IMG/VR virus record: IMGVR_UViG_3300042891_000711
Span: 124,001-188,000 of that record
Direction: 5' to 3' (one strand)
DNA: 64,000 nt
Both the position numbers and the translations under genes were made by a program. How positions within the stretch are numbered: position 1 is the first letter of the stretch; each line of letters starts with the position of its first letter. Below the pieces are notes generated by a model, which saw only the letters and a list, made by a program, of their open reading frames with translations, made no database searches and was not told the DNA's origin. Shown here in pieces: positions 58,201 to 64,000 of this stretch.

Positions 58201-61200
58201 TTTAAATTGTATTCACCTAATTTAATATTAGGTTGTGCTTCGGCTGAACTAATAGTAGTCAAATCACAATTTCTTGCTATCGGTTTAGTTATCAATATAC
58301 TATTCGCATAGTCCACTAAGTTAGCATAGGCTGCAAATCTATCAGCAAATATAGCCTGACGTGGTCTAGTGCCCAGGCCAAATTTATCAGCCTGGCTGAG
58401 TGCAGGATCAGGAACTTCTGCACCTAATATATCAATACCAGCTAGACTATCAATTAGCTTATTAATAATTTTAGGAGATATAATACTATTTGCATTACCT
58501 TTTTCTACTAGTTCATACTCACTGTGAATAATATTAGTGTTCTTAACTGTGTTATAGTCAAGGTGCAAAATAGTATTTTTCGCAGAAAGATAACTACCCA
58601 CGTTGTATACAACAAATGCATTGTTTTGTATAATTGCTGCATAAGGTGTACCTTGATTTTTAGGATTTTCAATTATATCTTTTATTGCGGCAATTGGTAA
58701 ACGTCTAGTTTCGTTGTTTAGATCAACTGTAGTTTTATCTTTAACCCAGTAAAAATATTTGATACTGATAATATTAGTAACTTGGTCAACATACACAAGT
58801 TCAACATAGGCACTATCGTCGGCATATTTTGGAATGCCTTCACCACCGTTGGCAACATACGCACTTGGTAAGTAATCACTTTCTACCCACTCTAATAATT
58901 CGACAGTTGAGCCAGGGAATAATCGACCCCAGTTAATACTACGATATGTTAATGTATCTTGCTCATAGTCAATATAACTAAGTTGACTTAGGTTCCACCA
59001 TACTTGTCCAACTTGCTCGCCATTCCAGAATATAGTATCATTTAAACTAACTGCACTATTTGTGCCGCGATTATACACAGCTGGATCGTAGCCGGTTTTG
59101 TATGATATTTCTTGATCTGCACGGCCAAGTATTTTACCTTTTGCAGGATCAATAAATTCTAATGTTGTTAGAATAGTGTTTGACAGATTGCTGTATAGAT
59201 ACATTCTATTAACTGATTCTATATCCACTGTCGGTTGCTGATATCTAATTAAACTCCAACCACGTTTGTTTATTGTATTATTAAATAGATATATACTACC
59301 TGTGTTTTCAACAACATTATTAATATAAGTTGATGTAGCAACACCATTAATCCAAATTGGATATACAACTTCAACTCCGTCAACTATTACTGTACCCGTC
59401 ACAAAATGATCTGTCCCAGCCGGTGATACTGTAATATTTGTACTAGCAGTGGCATCAGCACTAACAATATATCTAATATTATCTGACGCTTTTTGGGTAA
59501 TTATATCCCCAGCACGTACAGTTACCGCTGTAGATAATGTAAGATTGGTTATAGTGTCATCGCTTGGTGCACTTACTATAATGTGTCCGCCAATTATGTC
59601 AATTGCTGCGCCAAAGCCGTCGCCTGTGTTTAAATCAGTTGGATTAAGTTGTTGACAGAATGCATAACGTCCAGGATGTTCAACCATATCACGAGGGTCA
59701 TCGTACAATTCATATGTATACACACTACCGCTGGCTTTAACACTATCAACAAACGGCGTAGAATCATCATCAATTACTGTGGTATCGCTGTCAAAGGTAG
59801 TAAACGTATTGGTTGTTCCTCCATCACTGCTGATAACCAACATGTATGCGTTACGAGCTAATATAACTTTAGTACCAAAATATTCATTGTTACTACTGTA
59901 TGGATTAACAATAATCTGCATGAACGCAAATATAGCCAAGCCTGCGTCAGCATACACTGCACCACTACCTGATAGAACACGTAAACGATTTTTAGCTACA
60001 GTTTTATCACTGTCTAATCTTAAGTATCCATTTTCATTGACTGCCGTAATACCCAATAGTTTAGCATCATTGATATCTTTTATTAAACTATCAAGACTTG
60101 ACATAGGCAATCCGGTAATAGGATCATTATGCAATGGTTGTACAGTAATTTGGAAGTTATCCAACCGAATTGTATCGCCCGGAGTAAATGTTGGATTTTT
60201 CGTAAATCCTCTGTTGATACCGTATAGCGTACCTTTGTTATGGAATTTCCACACAGCACCAGTATTATAAACTGTATCTGCATTATAGAATGGAGCACCG
60301 ATATAGAATGCACAATTATTTGAACAAATAGTCAGCGATGTTCCGAATCGTGCACCTTGTTGGATAGCACTTAAACTTCCACCTAAGCTGTCAACCCCAA
60401 TTAATTTTTCTAATAGAGTAAATTGATTAGTTTCAATTTTTACATTTTTACCTACCCCAAGCGGTACAAATAGTGTTATTTCGTTTGCGCCAGTCTTAGT
60501 ATAATTAAATGTTTCGATATCATCAACTGTTACTGCATGCACAGGTGCAATATTCCCTTCTGTAGTATACACTGTGCCATTTGTACTATTGAATGCCTCA
60601 ATTACCCGATCGTAAACATAAACAGCACCAGCACTTACATTTTCAACATAAGATATACGCGGTAATACATTACCATCTACAGTAATCGATGCAGTATTAG
60701 TTCCTACAGGAATTGATCGGTCAACTGTTGTTATTCCATCACTAAACACTGCTACGTTAACAGTATCTGCAGGTGCGCCTACACCAAGTTGTGCACCATT
60801 TAAACTTGCATCAATACAAAAACCAAATTCACTGCCTGCCGGTCCAACAAGTGGATAAAGTGGATCAGTTGGATCACCGATTAACGCATAGTACGGACCT
60901 TGTGAAATTGTCAGCGTATCGTTAACGTTTCCGGATATAAATGTTATCGTTGTTCCGGATAAGGTGTAATCAATATTTGGAATGTATGTACGTGTCGCAC
61001 TAGTAACTACTAATGAATTAGCATCATCAGTTACTTCGGGTGTGAATGGTACTGTTATAGATGATACTGAACCAGATGTAGTAACTGTTCCATTTGCTTC
61101 AGTTACAAATCGTTTTAAACCGTAGACATAAACTTTAGGAGTCGATTCATAAGGTGCACCGACATATAACCAGTGACCCAATTCATCAAACGCAAAGCCA

Positions 61201-64000
61201 TAGCCGAACTGTCCGTTAACGGCGCTGACATTGCCTGCAATAACCTGTCCTCGATTCCATACAGTTTCGCCTTCAAGTTTATTATAGGTATAGATTAAAC
61301 CAACATTAGCAGCACCAGCTAAACCAGAACTTGTCGGTGCATTAACTGCTAGACGTACCTGTGTACCATCAACGGCTGTATCGATATGTGAACCATAGGT
61401 AAATGTGTTTACACCGTCGGGTATTATTGTAGTTGATGTACTATATATGTTTGCAGTATTTTTATCAAATACATTAACTGCACCCGTATTAGTCGAAACA
61501 GATAAGTTTGCATATAACGTAGTACCAACAAAAATAGTTTGCTCGGCATTATCAATCATTTTTAATGCTCGACCGTAGCCAATGTTTGCAGAATATTCAT
61601 TATTAGTTGTCAATGAAGATACTGTAGTGTTTGCTGGGAATATATTATTAGTACTAACTATCTGACTTGCGCTTACAGAAAAAGCATTTGCACTAGTAAG
61701 GAAATTTGATATAATACCCACAGCATTACCTGTAATAGTTGTGATATTAGTTACAACGTTGCCGCCAATAGTTAATGTACTTGTGGCATTGGCCAATGCT
61801 ACATTACTAAATGTAATGTACATGTCATTGGTTTTTACCAAGCGTTGATCTATTTCCCATGGATGTGTTTTTTCGTAGACTTTCCATGTGCCACTAGGTT
61901 GCGTACCATATGGTTGACCCTGCACTGCATTAGTTTCGGCATCATCGTCGATCCAAATCTTTTCACCAACTTTCCATTGATGTTTAGGAGAATATAATCG
62001 TGCATCTTCCATGTATTGAAATCGTATGCTATCTAAAATAAACAACATACCGTCGCCATCAAGTGTGGTTAATTGTGTTGTATCACCAGAATATTTGACT
62101 AATATATTATTGAGGTCAACTATTTCTTCAACTTGGTAGAATCCATCAAATTCTGTAGTAAAACTACGAATTAGGAATATATCGCCAGCGGCCAATCCGT
62201 GTGGATCATCGGTGGTAAATGTCACATATCCATCGAGTGAGTTTGACACCAACAATACATGATTGTTAGTTTCTGATACTCGATAAACATTCCAGTTTTG
62301 CGAAAAGTCTTTTGCACACCATATAGTATATCCAGTACCTATTGCACTTAAAGAATTGTTTAAATCTATAAAATTAGCCAAATCAAATATAGTAGTATCA
62401 ACATCGTCGATGTTTACATATCCGGCGGTGGCAATATCATTATTATAATCACTAGCTGCATCTCTGTTTAATGCAATAGTACCTGCATATTGTTCAGTTG
62501 ATTTATATAGTTGTGATTTATTAAATGTAGTTACACCGTCACTGCCATCAGCAGTCACAAAAGTAGCAATTGCAGGATTAACCGAAAATGCTTTTTCGTC
62601 GAGTGCAATTTCAACATACGGGTTAGTATCTAACGCACCGTATTCACCCACACGTATTGCCCATTCTTCGTAGAAATTTATAGCACTACTTAAATTGTTA
62701 AATTCTGCATTTGATAATTGATTAATTGCATTTGCAGAACCTTTTTGTTTAATGAATCCTTTATACAATTCAATTTGTGTAGTGTCACTTAGGCCCAGAT
62801 CTGCTAGATATTGACGTGGTTTAAATCCGATTAAGCCGTGACTATATTTGATTTGGTCTGCATCTTTAAAGTTTGTATATGAATCATAATATACCTGCGA
62901 CTTAGCAGCTATAGTGGCAAAGTTTGGTAACAACCCCTTTTTAATTTCAGTTGTAGAAATTTGTTTCCAGTAAGCAAATACAAATTCAGTTGTTGCTGCA
63001 ACATTTTGTAGGGCAACATAATATTGATTTTTATATTGTACCAGATCACCTTTTAAATAATCCTTGCCGCCTTGCCAGGCATCTACATCACCAGAATTAT
63101 AAATAAAGCCCGGAGCACTTAAACTGCCATCCCAATCTGCTGTTTTTTGTCCAATTAATTTTAATCTAAATTGTCTATTACCTAGTTCTGGTTTGTAAAT
63201 AATATCGTTGAACACTGTTGTATTATCAAATATCAATACATGTTCATATTGCACCAAATTTAATTCAATGTAGCCTATAACTGCATCGTTAGTTAATGTC
63301 AGTTTAAAAGCAGTTGGACTACGCAATACGTTATAGTTTGTAGTCTTAACCAGGGCAAAATTTTGATCTAATACTTTAGAACCGTATTGACTATCTGTAA
63401 TAGCATCCGTAATTGCGCCAACGGTAACTGCATTTATTACATTAGCCACCGGACTTAGTACCAAGATACTACCAGGTGCCCACCCTTGTTGCGCCCAGAA
63501 TAAGAATTCCTTAGTTGATAGTTTCCAATTACGAGTTTCACCAAGTTGTTCATCGGTATCATTGAACGTAAAGCCTTGTGCCATTAAATGTCTTTCGTAA
63601 CTAATTAAAAAATCAGCTACTTGTTGTTGAGTATTAAATTCGTAGCCGTATGGCACTGTTAGTTTTAAGTTTTGATAATCTTTAAACACAGTCACTGAAT
63701 TGTTTAATACAGTAATTTTATATGCGTTTGTGTTTATAACACTTGGAATAATAGTAAAGTATGGATTGGATAAATTATATCCACGTACACTATACCCGTT
63801 TGTAGTTTTTTCAACAATTACACCGCTGTAGACTATCCTATCAACCGGAGTTGATTTATACAAATGTACATTATAATTTTCATTTGGGATAATAATACTA
63901 TCATTTGTACTAGTCGGTGAACTTTGCTCTGCCAACACCTGCAGATATTTTTGATCACTGAATCCAGCCATTTTATATGCAAGATTAACTTCGTAATTTT
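55296..64000 (-). CDS. Giant (>2890 aa) virion structural protein, baseplate/tail-associated, 5'-truncated by window edge
   Basis: Frame open to the window end; FG-GAP-like propeller motifs (FG...VGAP...GAVYVY), GSGY..P repeats, Thr/Asn-rich inserts. Confidence 0.75.
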   Translation of the reverse strand, partial: NYEVNLAYKMAGFSDQKYLQVLAEQSSPTSTNDSIIIPNENYNVHLYKSTPVDRIVYSGVIVEKTTNGYSVRGYNLSNPYFTIIPSVINTNAYKITVLNNSVTVFKDYQNLKLTVPYGYEFNTQQQVADFLISYERHLMAQGFTFNDTDEQLGETRNWKLSTKEFLFWAQQGWAPGSILVLSPVANVINAVTVGAITDAITDSQYGSKVLDQNFALVKTTNYNVLRSPTAFKLTLTNDAVIGYIELNLVQYEHVLIFDNTTVFNDIIYKPELGNRQFRLKLIGQKTADWDGSLSAPGFIYNSGDVDAWQGGKDYLKGDLVQYKNQYYVALQNVAATTEFVFAYWKQISTTEIKKGLLPNFATIAAKSQVYYDSYTNFKDADQIKYSHGLIGFKPRQYLADLGLSDTTQIELYKGFIKQKGSANAINQLSNAEFNNLSSAINFYEEWAIRVGEYGALDTNPYVEIALDEKAFSVNPAIATFVTADGSDGVTTFNKSQLYKSTEQYAGTIALNRDAASDYNNDIATAGYVNIDDVDTTIFDLANFIDLNNSLSAIGTGYTIWCAKDFSQNWNVYRVSETNNHVLLVSNSLDGYVTFTTDDPHGLAAGDIFLIRSFTTEFDGFYQVEEIVDLNNILVKYSGDTTQLTTLDGDGMLFILDSIRFQYMEDARLYSPKHQWKVGEKIWIDDDAETNAVQGQPYGTQPSGTWKVYEKTHPWEIDQRLVKTNDMYITFSNVALANATSTLTIGGNVVTNITTITGNAVGIISNFLTSANAFSVSASQIVSTNNIFPANTTVSSLTTNNEYSANIGYGRALKMIDNAEQTIFVGTTLYANLSVSTNTGAVNVFDKNTANIYSTSTTIIPDGVNTFTYGSHIDTAVDGTQVRLAVNAPTSSGLAGAANVGLIYTYNKLEGETVWNRGQVIAGNVSAVNGQFGYGFAFDELGHWLYVGAPYESTPKVYVYGLKRFVTEANGTVTTSGSVSSITVPFTPEVTDDANSLVVTSATRTYIPNIDYTLSGTTITFISGNVNDTLTISQGPYYALIGDPTDPLYPLVGPAGSEFGFCIDASLNGAQLGVGAPADTVNVAVFSDGITTVDRSIPVGTNTASITVDGNVLPRISYVENVSAGAVYVYDRVIEAFNSTNGTVYTTEGNIAPVHAVTVDDIETFNYTKTGANEITLFVPLGVGKNVKIETNQFTLLEKLIGVDSLGGSLSAIQQGARFGTSLTICSNNCAFYIGAPFYNADTVYNTGAVWKFHNKGTLYGINRGFTKNPTFTPGDTIRLDNFQITVQPLHNDPITGLPMSSLDSLIKDINDAKLLGITAVNENGYLRLDSDKTVAKNRLRVLSGSGAVYADAGLAIFAFMQIIVNPYSSNNEYFGTKVILARNAYMLVISSDGGTTNTFTTFDSDTTVIDDDSTPFVDSVKASGSVYTYELYDDPRDMVEHPGRYAFCQQLNPTDLNTGDGFGAAIDIIGGHIIVSAPSDDTITNLTLSTAVTVRAGDIITQKASDNIRYIVSADATASTNITVSPAGTDHFVTGTVIVDGVEVVYPIWINGVATSTYINNVVENTGSIYLFNNTINKRGWSLIRYQQPTVDIESVNRMYLYSNLSNTILTTLEFIDPAKGKILGRADQEISYKTGYDPAVYNRGTNSAVSLNDTIFWNGEQVGQVWWNLSQLSYIDYEQDTLTYRSINWGRLFPGSTVELLEWVESDYLPSAYVANGGEGIPKYADDSAYVELVYVDQVTNIISIKYFYWVKDKTTVDLNNETRRLPIAAIKDIIENPKNQGTPYAAIIQNNAFVVYNVGSYLSAKNTILHLDYNTVKNTNIIHSEYELVEKGNANSIISPKIINKLIDSLAGIDILGAEVPDPALSQADKFGLGTRPRQAIFADRFAAYANLVDYANSILITKPIARNCDLTTISSAEAQPNIKLGEYNLKIATEIELQYLDVSVLAVGYKVLVNQDTTRDNLWVLYELSTTKIWEIIRIQSYKTDLYWEYVDWYAPGYGTDTQLEYVVETLTDALKLPVAVGEEVLVRVSTGNSRGWNLLVLNSNNQFDVVGIQDGTIQLKTSSGNFINNTTPTTEVRYIINALKDDIFVGELDTEFNKLFFVMINYLFNEQKYVDWIFKTSFISVSHKLRSLLQYPNYIKDNQTYYENYITEVKPYSTKIREYSINYDSNDEFAGSVTDFDLPAYYDTETKVFRSPSGENVIKDEALWQTDTYNQWYANRNHRVENIIVEYGGSGYTAEPIVTIVGGGLAATGATARAIIDFDLGTVTSIEILTRGTGYFLTPTVLINGTNTTPATAYAVLKNNQVRTFDTTLKFDRISYTSSVQEWTANTAYTVGDIVTHVGSLAGAVRHAFIVTANITSGSTFVHTDDYTEYNSANFTTANDRIVGYYEPGASMPARDLNQLLRGIDYPGVRVQGLGFDQAPGFSGATPFDTGLFDQIQYDADGLPLLDDATVDTIIQSNYTDLALGTRAEDIDVVGGAYVDTYSSHAPEEMVPGIVFDTLDMQVYTKINSNVDVIAYRMFSNMMREESYLRIADAHATTLAAPLGLTDTEIVVADASKLAEPFMDAIGIAQISIPGVVFINGERITYYTRDLITNTLGQIRRGTQGTATPVIQYAGAVVTDGSVDQIVPGTVSNVVLSTTTPYTVTSTRSYYLSLTESITANVGDVITQTASGASLTVAGIDSVARVLLVVRNNSNSLTFQDNYLKLSGNVTVSSGDYITQSSTGANVTVLTTGANVSNVEVSYYGITTLNTGRASGNIAINGSNVAVYPTTITGNITLNSEIIINGTNTGNVYPLSIVPVGRNDNGIPFVDNNGNVTIAANIELHTTNVWYNLGSGVATDGTGFDGSTTVPVTFLKGSTATNIVITAIKDMITTEDAVNTLTTEDSKTIIED

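Noticed and set aside
1-64000. Stop-codon reassignment as in some large phages
   Set aside because: Conserved genes are intact in the standard code and end with TAA, TAG and TGA.
1-64000. tRNA, rRNA, integrase, transposase or diversity-generating retroelement
   Set aside because: Intergenic gaps are short, with no cloverleaf or T-loop pattern noticed, and no RT, integrase or transposase motifs in the ORFs. A tRNAscan run would confirm.

Overview
This is a 64-kb segment of a large, AT-rich tailed-phage (jumbo-myovirus-like) genome using the standard genetic code, with no tRNA, rRNA or CRISPR found. The left arm (1-29.8 kb, mostly + strand) holds a dispersed 7-deazaguanine DNA-modification pathway (folE, queE, queD and a second T-fold protein resembling DpdL). 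Around it lie a glycosyltransferase, a short PLP aminotransferase, a phosphoribosyltransferase, two HNH homing endonucleases and two B12-dependent radical SAM genes. The same arm encodes nucleases, DHFR/ThyA and an early region with near-consensus sigma70 promoters (HD hydrolase, MoxR-type AAA ATPase, vWA/metallopeptidase). The right arm (29.8-64 kb, mostly - strand) has tail/baseplate genes followed by a ~22-kb tailoring cluster: glycosyltransferase-like proteins, four Twitch/SPASM radical SAM genes, three SGNH proteins, a carbamoyltransferase, APS kinase, sulfotransferase-like proteins and an unannotated 33-aa peptide. Top leads: (1) the AAA and vWA genes are specifically purged of TC/CC on the coding strand (GA/GG on the template), possibly to stay transcribable in G-hypermodified virion DNA; (2) a candidate phage-encoded virion glycosylation/glycan-tailoring system next to (A/G)N-rich tail proteins; (3) a possibly novel hypermodified 7-deazaguanine. 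All product calls come from motif recognition only; no searches were run, and counts are manual.
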